From Chiloscyllium plagiosum (lineage: Eukaryota), in contig NC_057719.1 of assembly GCF_004010195.1 (NCBI RefSeq), forward strand, positions 56,684,606 to 56,748,605: DNA of 64,000 nt, read 5' to 3'. A program made the position numbers and the translations under genes. The notes under the pieces are model-generated. The model made no database searches, had not been told where the DNA came from, and worked only from the letters and a program-made list of their open reading frames with translations. Below, piece by piece: positions 1 through 12,460 of the stretch (position 1 is the first letter of the stretch; every line of letters begins with the position of its first letter).

Positions 1-1369
1 GAACGGTGGTCTGGAAGGATTTTCAAATGAAATTGTAGTGTGAGTGAAAGCGACTAATTGCACTTACTACCCACAATGAAAACATTTGATTAGTTTCAGA
101 GGGATCTGCTAAAATCCGTTGGCGAGATAAGTGTCGGGGGTGGGGGAGGGGGCGCATCTCAATAGTTTTGTGATTAAATTAATATTTGACACAGCTAGTT
201 CCTCTCTGTATTTCACATCTGAACACATTTAAATCCTCAAAATCTAACAGTGGCGTCTCATCCAACTAGAACTGAGACTTGTCATAATATAATATCAGGT
301 CTGGACTCTTTAACAATATTTACTTTGATTTTCAGCGCAACAGCCCATTAGCTGATAAGGTGCAAACTAGACTTTCATCTATTTAAGAGCTAACTTCACA
401 CTAGTAAATCTACAAATTATAGTTGTATTCCTGAAACTCGCAGGAATGAAGCAGCTTAAACAAGCCATTGGTTCCCATAAGAAACAATGTTAAAATCAGA
501 GGAAGTTACTTCAGATATTTACAGTCTGCTGGAATAGCCATTGTCAGGTGTTAAAGATGTTTAATCTGCTTTGAGGACCTCCCTAAAATGTTTCTGTGAA
601 GTTGGTTTGGAGGGATTAGTGTTTCAATGCAGGGTTCTTCTCTCACTGACTGTAAAATGGATTCTCTGCATCTTCCTGTTACAATGTTGGACATGGGGCC
701 AAAACTAATCAGGAGATTGTGGAATCAGGGCCTGACACCCTGCAGTATTCACCCAAACAAGCCCTGAGACAAGAACATTACTCTGAGGTAGGAGATCCTA
801 TCCATTTCTCTCAAATATTTTATCCTGGTCCTCCCTGGTCTAAAGCTCCAAAGGAGGCACCCCTTAGGCTCCAAAATGACAAACACCTTGCAGAGTCAAG
901 AAATTGAACTTCTCTTCAATGAAGTGAGCCATCAAGGTTCTAACGTCTTCCTTGCAAAATTAAAACTTTTCATTTAGGTGCTGTCCTTGGGAAAAGCTGG
1001 TTTCAGAATTTTTAAAAAAATTATGAATCTTTTGCATGCTAATTACATGCTTTTCATAGTACTCAGTTCAGAATGGCACCATGAAGTCCCAGGACCCAAT
1101 GACAAAACAAAACAAAATCACAATATGAAACAGGACAGAGAACAATGTGGGATGATGACACACATGATGTAAAATAAAAACTGAATGCCTAAATTGTGAA
1201 TGTCAGCCTTAAAAACTTCATCACTTTAAAATGAAATGACAAAGTTGGGTAATTTTAAGTGAGCATTTTCTTTAGAATGTTACACATGACTTTGTTTAAC
1301 ACTGGGATCTTGGGACATTGATGTCCACACAGGCTGATAGGTGAGCGAATTCCAGGTCAAACCATGATA

Positions 1370-2350
1370 ATCAGGATCATCTTGTTGCTGCAGCCCAAAT
1401 TGACCAAAACATTTGATTCAGTAAATCACATTGTTCCTTGGATTGTGTTCCAAAGAGTTGGCTGGCCAAGGAATCTTCATCAAAATTCTGCAGCTGCTTC
1501 ATGATGAAATGATGGATTTTTTTTGTGGGATATTTTGAAACAGATTCCTTTACAATTTAGATCTGGTCAAACAAGGACATGTGTTAGTCCCTATATCATT
1601 TACAGTGTCCTCTGGTGTGAATATTAAGTAACTTTGAGATGGAAACCCCTTTAACATCAGTGGCCCCTGTATAAAAGTAAATGGACAACCACAAATATGA
1701 ATGATGTGCAGTTTGCAATGATTGCAATTGTATGGTTCACTTTGCACCAGCTTTCCAAGCTTTTCTCAATCTCTTCCTTGAGTGAGGCCAAAACAAAACT
1801 CATATATTAACCCTCACCTGACCATCCAAATATTCAACCACCTGCATGTGTTTAAGGAGTAACTCTGCAATATGTTGAATATTTTCCATACTCTCTCAAC
1901 AAGTCACCATTGATGAGAAAATCCAACACTGGATCATCTGTCCCAGGTGAGCCAATAGTACAAAGCACAGCTAAAAGTTTTGGACAACAAAGACCTTTAC
2001 AAGTCAATGGAAGCCCTAGTGTATGAAGCAACTGCTGGCACCACAATCCAGAGATCAGTATCACAGAATAGAGCTAGAGAAATTCCATCAGCGATGACCC
2101 TACCGCATCCTCCTCAAGCATTCAGGCATAATTCCTGCAAAATCAACTTCAGTGAACTGAGCACTGAATCTTGATGGCTAAAAACAATCTTCTGCCCAGA
2201 ATCTTATTTTCTGAATTCTCAAATGGCCAACGTTCCAGATGAGGTCAAAGAAAACACTTGTACAAGTATTCTCCATGAAGCACAACAAATCTGACATTAA
2301 TGCTTGAGAGGACTGTGCTACTAATTGCTTAGAATGGCAACAATTTCTCC
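1370..2350 (+). mobile_element. Degenerate RTE-clade LINE fragment
   Basis: Frameshifted remnants resembling RT motif DLTKAFDSVNH...ILQLLHD (~1400-1505) and C-terminal LPRILFSE.SNGQRS.GQRK (~2190-2260). Confidence 0.6.
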
Positions 2351-3120
2351 ATCAGTCTACATTAAGTTTTGATTCACAGTTTCTTACTGATAAGGCAGAA
2401 TGGCAGAAGAAAGGGAAAGAAAAGGAAGAAAATCTTGCAGCTTATCTATTACCTCCTGGTCCATGAGCCCAAACATGTATCAGGCAAGAATCCACGTGTT
2501 CTGTTACCCATGGCAGAAATTTAAGATTATGAGTAGACATGAACCTTGAATTAAGTGTTAGCCAATAATACAATGATTTCCATGTCAATTCTAACTGTGT
2601 CCAAATGCTTAATAACTTATTTAGTGACATTGATTGTCCAAATAGGTCACTGTTTTTAACAGCTTCATACCTATATCCTATTGGATGTTTCCATGTAAAT
2701 ATTGCAAATGCTGATTGGTTGAAACACATGGAAGACTGATGCTTCTTTCAAAGACAGGACAAGAAAAGAACAAAACTATTTTTTAAATGAAACTGTCAAA
2801 ATAAGGGAAAATAATTGTAAAAAGTTATGGGAATATTTAACAAGGTGAGGCAGCGTCTGTGGAGAGAGAAACAGAGTTAATGACCTGAATCTATTTGTCT
2901 CTGGATTATAGGAGACTGGACAAGTGACCAAGATGGTGCATCAAGACCCTACAAGAGTCCTGATGTCCTGCCCTCTGTTGGAATTGTCTGGGTGGTTTCA
3001 ACTTCTGGTCAGCAATTACCTTCCTCCCTGGGACAATCCATGAGTGTTGAACAGGTAAAACATGCTTATTAAATAGTTATCCAGGTAGGGAAAAATACTT
3101 TGTCTAACTCTTTGATAATT

Positions 3121-3320
3121 GAGCTGCCAGAGGATGTGGTGGAGGCCATACAATTACAACATTTAAGAGGCATTTGGATGGGTATATGAAGAGGAAGGGT
3201 TTAGAGGGATATGGGCCAGGTGCTGGCAGGTGGGACTAGATTGGGTTGGGATATCTGGTCGGCATGGACGGGTTGGACCGAAGGGTCTGTTTCCATGCGG
3301 TACATCTCTATGACTCTATG
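3121..3320 (+). mobile_element. CR1/HER1-like LINE 3' end
   Basis: gagctgccagaggatgtggtggaggc...gtacatctctatgactctatg, the same 3' end as other copies in the window. Confidence 0.85.
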
Positions 3321-3539
3321 AACTCTAGAACAGATCCCCAGTCATTCACACTGGCACCCTAACTGCTTTCATGACCCCTTGTCTAACACTCTAGCAATCT
3401 GACTCTTCCCAACTCCCAACCACATTCATGATCCACCACCAACATCCCCTGGTCCTTACCTCACACAATGCTTTCCTGACAAACTTGCTGATCCTTTGAT
3501 TAATACTTGACTCCCAACTACACAGCCGACTATCTCCAA

Positions 3540-3930
3540 ACTTGACTACAACCTCAACTATCTCCCATCTGACCCATCTGCCACCCTACTAATCTAATAT
3601 TATCTATCACCCTACATGTTTGATACCTCCTCACCTATCTGTTACCTCAGCCATTTGATACCTCACCTACCTGTTCCTTTGTCCATTTGCCATCCTACCC
3701 ACCTCCAGTTCTACATACCTGCTACCTGACCCACTTACCATCTCATCCAAGCCCTACCAGCTCAATCACCTGCCATTCTACCCACCTGCCATTCCACGTA
3801 CTAACCATCTTACATATCTGTCACCTAACCCACTGCCTGTTCACCCAACTAGCTTTTACGCACCCAGCTATCTCACCCATATTCCCATCCTAACTATTCA
3901 CTCATTCGTCCACTGGCTCACCGTTCACAC
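3540..3930. repeat. Diverged C/A/T-rich low-complexity tandem repeat
   Basis: Recurrent acccacct/acctacct/tcacct units and a near-duplicated tttgatacctc(ct)cacctac/t. Confidence 0.55.
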
Positions 3931-4279
3931 ATTCACTAATATTTTGATTAGACCTTTAAACTTATTGTATGGCAGCAAATACCATGAAAAAGATTCATGT
4001 CCTGCCTGCCCCAACTAACCTTCCCATTGATGAAGGTCTCCAAGGGACTTTGTGCTCTCCATTTCTGCCAACATTAGTATCATAAGATCCAGCAAAAATG
4101 CAGAGCTGCATTGAGTTTTGAGAAAATTCAAATAGAGTGACAATTCATTGATAATGGTAGCTCTGCAGAAGATCCACAAAATAGTTTCAGGACTTGTCAT
4201 TTGAAAGGTATTTTATCTAATATAAATGGTGGAACTATTCAGAAGGTCTGGCAGAGACCTAGGGTCATTTAAAGCATAG

Positions 4280-4680
4280 ATGGAAATCATTCAATACCTT
4301 GAGGTCACACTGGCTCTCTGTAATTCACCCAGATCACTTCCTCACCCTATCCATGTAGCCCTGCAAGCTTGTTCACATTCAAGTGGCCATACACCTTCAT
4401 TTCAAAATCATTGAATATCTCTTCTTCCACAAGATAATAGGAGCGGTGCTCCAGGTCAGCACCACTCACTGCATCAAATTATATTTGCCTTGCATCTCAT
4501 GTCCAAACCCATGAATCTGTAGCCCTTGCAAAATCACTAATTGGAAATAACTGTTCATTGCCTACCCTGTCTAAATCTGTCATAATTGTGTCACCACTAT
4601 CAAATCTCCGCTCAAACGAGACAATGGAAGGGTCTCCAAATTGATGTTGCATCTAAAATACTTTAGCCCTGGAACCATTC
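4280..4680 (-). mobile_element. Old CR1-like LINE 3' fragment
   Basis: Degenerate similarity to the reverse complement of the CR1 3' region. Confidence 0.5.
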
Positions 4681-5225
4681 CAATATCAATGAGAGTTGGG
4701 ATTTTAGAATTGTGGCATCTAATTAGAACTGGGAAAAGTTAGCAATGTAATCAAATTTAAGCAACTGAAAGCAGAAGATATTAAATTAGAAAAGGTTTCG
4801 GAGTGCACACCCATAAAGAACAGTAACGCTAAAACATCATAGGCAACCTGCAGAATAATGGGTACCCAAAGCAGTTCATATTTTAGTGTATATTGTAACA
4901 ACTCATGGAAGTTCATCAGGTGGTCACTCTTGACCCTGAAAAGTGCCCAATCAACATTATATTTTCCTCGGGGTAAATGTTTGAGCACCAGACACAGATC
5001 TTTCATACTGCTACAGTCAATACCAACACAAGTGCTGGCACCATTAACAAGATATTGCTGTCAACCGAGAATGATTTTCTGACTATCAGAAAAATGAATA
5101 TTGTAGTGCATGAATTTCAGTGTTGGTGTGATGACAGGTACATATACCATAAGACTCAAAGATTGGCGGATTGTATCAACAATATGTTCCCTTGGCTGTT
5201 CGCAGCAAGCAAGGTACTCTACTTA

Positions 5226-6078
5226 GTCATAGAGCCATAGAGATGCACAGCACAGAAACAGACCCTTCAGTCCAACTCATCCATGCCAACCAGATACCCC
5301 AACCCAATCTAGTCCCACCTGCCAGCACCTGCCTATATCCCTCCAAACCCCTTCTGTTCATATACCCATTCAGATGCCTTTTAAATGTTGCAATTGTACT
5401 AGCCTCTACCACTTCCTCTGCAGCCCATTCCACACACGTACCACCCTCTGTGTGAAAAAGTTGCCCCTTAAGTCTCTTTTATATCTTTCACCTCTCACCC
5501 TAAACCTATGCCCTCTAGCTCTGGACTCCCCCACCCCAGGGAAAAGATCTTGTCTATTTACCCTATCCACACCCCTCATGATTTTGTAAACCTCTATAAG
5601 GTCACCCCTCAGCCTCTGACACTACAGGGAAAATAGCACCAGCCTATTCAACCTCTCCCTATAGCTCAAATCCTCCAATCCTGGCAACATCCTTGTAAAT
5701 CTTTTCTGAACCCTTTCAAGTTTCACAACATCTTTCTGATAGGAAGAAGACCAGAATTGCACACAATATTCCAAAAGTGGCCTAATCAATGTCCTGTACA
5801 GCCACAATACAACCTCTCAACTCCTGCACTTAATACTCTGACCAATAAAAGAAAGCATACCAAACACCTTCTTCACTATCCTATTTATCTCTGACTCTAC
5901 TTTCAAGGAGCTATGAATCTGCACTCCAAGGTCTTTGTTCAGCAACACTCCCAAGGACCTTACCATTAAGTGTATAAGTCCTGATAAGATTTGGTTTCCT
6001 AAAATGCAGCACCTCACATTTATCTAAATTAAACTCCACCTGCCACTCCTCAGCCCATTGGCTCATCTAATCAATATC
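5226..6078 (-). mobile_element. CR1/HER1-like LINE, 5'-truncated
   Basis: Minus ORFs LYRTLIRPLLEYCVQFWS...LERVQKRFTRMLPGL; ends in ctatg(a/g)ctctatgac tail. Confidence 0.92.
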
Positions 6079-6429
6079 GACCCATTTTTGCAATATTCAC
6101 AACTCAGTGCTTAACATGACCAGTGTACGATATCTACTGAATAGCACTGAATGTGTGAAGAATTATGCTGACAACCAATTTACTGGAGTATTATCTGTTG
6201 GGCTTGCAGTGTGGCATCTTTGTGTTACTGGAAGCTACATATGTTAATACTCAGGGCTCTGATCTTTGCAGACAGAAAAAAAACCAATCGATTCAACTCA
6301 ATAAAATAGGCCATTTATTGGCTCACTCCCAAGGGCAATGCCCTGACCAATCAATGTTAACTTTCCTGGTTTAAAATTAAACAGTTTCTGAATGCATTTT
6401 GTCTGCTGTTTGGGTTTGTTCCAGAAACC

Positions 6430-7070
6430 CTAACCACTCTGCCCTACATCAAAGACATCTTGGAAATGACTGCCACACTACTCAGTCCTCTTGACATCAT
6501 GGTAGCCCATAAACCCACCAACAAACCAAAACAGCAACTAATGAACTTGAAAGATCCTATACAGACAACAAGCAAAGCTAATATCATTTATAAAATTACT
6601 TGCAAGAACTGCAACAAACATGAATTTGGACAAACAGGCAGAAAACTATCAGCATACATGAACTTCAGCTAGCCACAAAAAGATATGACCAATCTTATTA
6701 GTATCTTTACACACAGATGAGGAAGGACACCACTTTGACTGGGCCAACACATCCATCCTAGGACAAGCCAAACAGAGACATGCACGAGAATTCCTAGAAG
6801 CATAGCATTCCAAACGGAACTCTATCAACAAACACATTGACTTGGATCCCATTTATCACCCTGAGAAAAAGACCAGGAAATTACATCACCACAGAAAAGG
6901 ACATCACCACAGGAAGTGACATCACCAACCCAAGGAAATCTAAACACATAAACAAAAAGCAGGCCATACCACCAGTGCTTCACCGGAGGCTCACCTGATG
7001 ATGTTACCTAGTATGGTGATGAAACATCTGAAAACAAACCTTCCAGCTCAGTGAGCAAATTTACATCCAC
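6430..7070 (+). mobile_element. Penelope-like element 3' part: GIY-YIG endonuclease remnant plus terminal repeat with hammerhead motif
   Basis: LPYIKDI...NIIYKITCKNCNKHEFGQTGRKL matches PLE GIY-YIG; CTGATGA-t-gttacc-tagtat-ggtgat-GAAAC-atc at 6995-7028. Confidence 0.85.
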
Positions 7071-7099
7071 ATGCCTAATAAAAGAAAGGAAGCTCAGAT

Positions 7100-8135
7100 T
7101 TTTTAAAGGCAAAATTTATTTGAGTAAGCTGATTAAGTTCTTTGATAAAGTGATGTAAAAGATGTCCAGAATAATTTACTTAATGTTGCATGAATGGACA
7201 TTCAAAACACATTTGAACAAGAACTACATAACAGATCTGTTAGTAAAATTAAAAACAATTTAGTTTAGGGATAGTGGTAGTATGGAAACAAAATTGGGGA
7301 ATGGATAGAAAAAAGTTATTTTTCAGATAGGATAAAGGAATATAATGATTTTTTTTCCTGAGATTGATATTAAGGGCATTGCTGTTCTTACACATATATT
7401 TGGACAGGGTATTTAGGTCATATTTTTGAAGTTTGAACTCAGAGAGTTTCTATGAGAACATAAACAGGCAATGGAACTGCATGAACATGGTGAAATTTAA
7501 TGTAGTGAAATATAAAATTATACAATCTGATAGAGGTAATAAAGAGATGAAATAGAAATTAAGTGTTTTTTAAACAGTCTTAAAACAATGCAGGCATTGA
7601 AAAACATGAAATTATAAATGCACAAATCTTTGAAGGGCAAAATGGTTTAAAAAGAAAGCTTTTTTTGACTTTATTATGATAGGCTTTTGAGTACAAAAGC
7701 ATGGAAATTATTTATTATAATAACACTGGGTTTTGGAGACTTGTCAAGAGATCAGAAAATTTGGGCTAGTTCCATTACAGAATGGAAGCAGAGATTTGAT
7801 AGAGGTGTTCAAAATGATGAATATTTTTGACAGATTAAATAAGAATCATCTATTTTCATGGCAAGGGCCAGTAACCAGTGAGTAGAGGGTTAAATGATAG
7901 ACTAAGAACCAGGTAAGACGTAAGGAAACATTTTTGCACCTCAGGTTGTTGTGGTCTGGAATAAGCTGCCTGAAATAATGGTAGAGGAAGATTCAATAAT
8001 AATATTCAAGAAGAAATTGGATGAATATATTAAAACCATTTACCGTGCTAAGGAGAAATATCAGAAAAATTGGACTAATTTGTTAGCTCTACAAAAATGC
8101 CGCACAGATACAATGGACCTGAATGACTACCTTTT
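7100..8135 (+). mobile_element. Highly decayed CR1-like LINE
   Basis: ORF remnant MVWNKLPEIMVEEDSIIIFKKKLDEY resembles the CR1 ORF2 C-terminus; upstream AT-rich decayed RT. Confidence 0.7.
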
Positions 8136-9419
8136 GTTCACCATCACTCTGCAGTGATTGGAAGGAGGCTAATGCCATGGTACTTGAACAAACCATGATT
8201 CCTACTTAAGGATTCCTACTAATGTAAATATAATGGAACACAATCAGACAGAGTTCAGAGAAGAAGCACAGCAAAAGACATAAAGCAGAAAAAAATCCAA
8301 TTGACCTTCAGTCATATTCATTCAACAGACTCATGGCTGGCCAGACACTTCTTGCATTCACGACCTGCCCTTTCTCCAGATTTTTTGACCAAGAATCTAT
8401 CTATGTCTGCCATAAAGATACACAAGGACTCTGAACCCACAGCTCTATGACATGGAGTTCCGACCGTATGGACTAACAGTATTGATGAATTGAAACATGG
8501 CATAACTTTCCATTGCTCTCTATTCACAGATCAGTAGGTCTGGGATGAGGACAAGTGACTTGTATTTGCATACACATTAGGGATGTATTTTATCCACCTC
8601 AGTGTAATTTATGACTGTGCTTATATTTGCACTTACAGGTAAATACATAAAATTGTATTATATACAGATCTCTCCTAATGTTCTGATGTAGTCGGAATTA
8701 TTACCTATTCTACCGCTTGCATCTTTCGAGGACGCTAGAGATGTCCATGCGGGTACAGTTAAATGGATGTTTTTAACCTACCCGCATTAGGGTTCCAAAG
8801 TACAGCTATACTTTCCATCAGCTGTTTTCAAGCAGCATATCATCTGTACATTTCTGGGAATTGTTAGTTAAATATGAGCGCTCGCATGTAAAGTAAATGG
8901 GGCAATCAAACAGCGTGACATATCGAAAGTATGAGGTTTGGGGAAGTGGATTAGTAAATACCTCTGCAGACGTTATTGTTGTGGCGATCGGTACCAGGCA
9001 AACGCTGAGAACGGGGAGTTGAGCGAGTCCCATAGCCATTACTTTTGTATGGAAACTGGCTGCCCTGTCATTCACGATGTCAGGGACGCACATGTCAGCT
9101 GGCATCAAGTTACTGCAGCCTGTCCAATCCTGAATACTGAGCTTCGGGTTACACACACACAAAAAACTGGGACTAAACAAACATAAATAAACAATTATAA
9201 AGCATCTGCCGGCACTATTCCATGTATGTATTAGGCAGAATACGCTCAATGGTGTTATGTTGTTGGTTTTCATCAATTAATTGATCAGATACAATAATAA
9301 TAATAATAAAGCTGAAACAACACATGACAACTTCTATTGTGTTAATCCCCTCTTGGGAATCCTTGAAAGGCCATTAGCTTTCACAGGCTTCAAATAACTC
9401 ACGACTGGGGGTAAAGAAT

Positions 9420-9585
9420 ACCATCTTGGAATAACAGTTACATTACTATACAATCTGGGAATAAGAATTAAAGTATCAAACAATCTGGATAATCAATCTG
9501 GGAGTATTTATTAAAGTAGTAAACGCTCTGGAAAAATTACAGTAATGAATAATCTGGGGATAATAATTACAGTAATAAATAATTT
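9420..9585. repeat. Diverged short tandem repeat
   Basis: Repeated aatctgg(g)a(a)taa / attacagtaat units. Confidence 0.5.
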
Positions 9586-12029
9586 AATTCAAATCTCTCT
9601 CCTTTGCCCCCAAATTACAGGTAGGTTCACATTTTCAATTTGATAAAACATTTTTATTGTATTTTAGAACGATATGTAAAGTTGTGTATATCAACACTTT
9701 GAAGGAACTAAACCTAATACCCTCAAATTCATGATGTGCAAAATGTTGATGAGGTTTACTAAATGGAACAGATTTCCACAGTCCCTGGTTGATGACAATA
9801 AACAGCTCCTGTGCTTGACTTCGGTGCATCAGCCGGCACTATACAAAAGCCACACAATTCTCTCTTGCAACGACAGAGTGATAAAAAAGCCCCCTTTCTC
9901 GGGATTGTTACTGCTTTGGGTCTGGTATTTCTGTTATCTTCTGATTTCCAGGAGTACAACTTTTTATTCAGCAATGTGTGATTTTTATTGTTTTCATTTT
10001 GTTTTAAATACAAGGATCAGAATTCCTAAATGTTTTTTTGTTTTTATTGAATACACATGGCAGCATGCATTGGAACTCTGAACCCTTAATTAATTTCTCT
10101 ATTTGGGCTTTCAAGAGATTCCAAGTCGCCTCTAACGTGATATCTGCTTTGTGTGAACTCACCAGCCGTGTGCCTGGGTCAGAACACATTCGTGATGAAC
10201 TGTGATGTATCCCATACACACAGCTATAGCACACACCACTGTTCTCTTATTTTTCGGAACGATTCGACTAAACTCATATGGACGTGAGTTATATGGTCTT
10301 GACAAAATTCTCCAGGTACTCACATACTTCATGGGGGATTTCTGAAGATCTTGCCCCAGTCATAAATACACAGTCGGTCAACCCCAGGATTAAAATTGCA
10401 AGATCAACACTATCAGAATCCTACTGCGTTTTATCGTTTTATGTCCCCCTCCCCTCCACATAACATTTAAGCCTGGAATCTGATGGAGGTGTAATTTAAA
10501 GACGTATTCCTCCGAAAGGAGGGGAGGTCTGAGACAGTTCATCCTGCTAGCTCCGGTGCCGGTGAGAGAGAAATAAAAACGGGGCAGTTGTATGGAGATA
10601 AGCCCGGTGGTTGGCCGGAGATTTCTCAGATCACTGAACACAGGCAGCGATACAAACCGGCCCTTTCCCCAAACAAACATTCGGATGAAGTTCCACAAGA
10701 TTTATTCAAGTTTACAGATGTTCCCAGTTCCTTAAGGTACAGTTTCAAAGCTCGTCAATCCTTTCCAATGCTGACGGAATCCACATTATACCCTCTTTCG
10801 GAAATGAGCACATCAAAGAGAGGGATTTCGAGGCTGAATAACAGCGACACGCGTCCTCATGACCGCACAGTCTGTGAGAGCACAGCAATATAATTCTTCA
10901 GCAAAATCACGTCAGACGTTTTAGCTTTGAAACCCTCACCCTCACAACCGAAAATACACGCTCAGTGCTGGTGACATCTAGGCGTTGGATTGGCCTTTCT
11001 TCAGGGAAAGCTGACCTAGATTCCTCACCTACCATTGGAAAATTAAAGCCTACACTTTGAACCAGTGTTTGTTCTGCAAACAGACCTGGCCGTAAACAAT
11101 CCGCTATTACATCTACATCGAAGGCTATCTAAGCCCGCAGTTCTGTTATGTTAGCCGGGTAATTTCACGGTACCACGATGAGAGCTCAATCGATGTGTCC
11201 ATCAGGGGGACTGCCTTCTCTCGATCAGAACAAAACATCGACAATCTTTTACTGGAAGCGCTTTGGGTGTTCAAACACAATACCGTCACATCGATCCACA
11301 ACGTGTACACTGATTTATCTCACTCCCCAATGCCTGTTTAACCTGTTGTGTGGTTAAAATAAAACCCGCCAGGTTTAGGAAACAGACCCATGTCCCACAC
11401 GTGAAAGAAAGAAATTGCAATACTGTCCATTCACGCTTATTTCAACGCCAGTAAAATATATTGTGTGCAATTACTCCAAACTCTACAACCATTGATCGCT
11501 TGCTGCTGGGAAATGCCTTTAGAAATCGAATGGATTTACCATGGCAGAAGCGTTATTTTCTTGCTCCGGATGGATCAAATAGTTTATTATCACCAAAGAT
11601 AACTCAATTATATCAACAATTAAAGCGAACACGAGAAGTGATTTCCGTTTCGCGGGATAATGGAAGCGCGTTTAGCTATCACAAAAAAACCCCGAAACCT
11701 TCACAAACACTGCCTTGATTCACAATTTGCGACGGAATCATCTGTTCTGACCTGACATCAGGTTAGCACACGGAAGGGTTTTGTCAATAAAATACATTTC
11801 CCGAGGAAACATGTGACTGAAAGGCACTGAATCTAAAACACAATAAAACAGGCAACAGAATAACAACACTGTCTATTTTATTATTGTTTCGCGCCGGGGA
11901 GAGGGAATAACGGGTTTACGTCCGAAAAGCGGACTTCTGGAAGCAGAAGTCGCTACGTAAGGGGTCCTCTGTACCTGAGAAAAATGATTTAATCCCGTCC
12001 AAGTTAGCGTGAGGCTGCCGCAGATTATG

Positions 12030-12460
12030 TCATACTAAAAAGTTGCACGTGTGAGCAAGTGTGTGTGCAAGTCTTTTGAGGGAGGGCAAGACAAGGAGGT
12101 TTTCTTTTCCCTTGCAGTTTTCTTTCTATACCCATCTCACAAATAATATCCCTGGTTCCCTCTTTGTTGCAATCGACCATGCCGCCGTCCCTTCTCTCCA
12201 CCTCCTGAGCCATCCTGAGCGATCCGGTGGCACTGATTGGACTATCAGTCCCTTCCACAAACAGCTTCTCCGTCAATAAAAGCCAGGCAGGGCAATGTGG
12301 AGAGTCAGTACCACCGTCTCCTGATGTCCATCCCTGACACCTAGAGGGGGGGAGGGGAGGGGAAGAGAGGGGAAGGAAATATAGGCCTGACTCGGCTCCT
12401 GAAAGCTTTGCACAGTCCAGACGGGTCGCCTTCTGTAATCTGTCTAACGCCGGCTCGAAG
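12030..12460 (+). promoter_or_regulatory. Putative INSM2 proximal promoter/5' UTR
   Basis: E-box CACGTG (~12047), inverted CCAAT (tgattgg ~12234), G-rich tract ~12344-12376 and TATA-like aaatatagg ~12377, directly upstream of the ATG. Confidence 0.45.

Noticed and set aside
8818..9276. 152-aa minus ORF
   Set aside because: No family similarity or splice support; likely chance.
11762..11778. RE1-like gttagcacacggaaggg upstream of INSM2
   Set aside because: Wrong half-site spacing and several mismatches.
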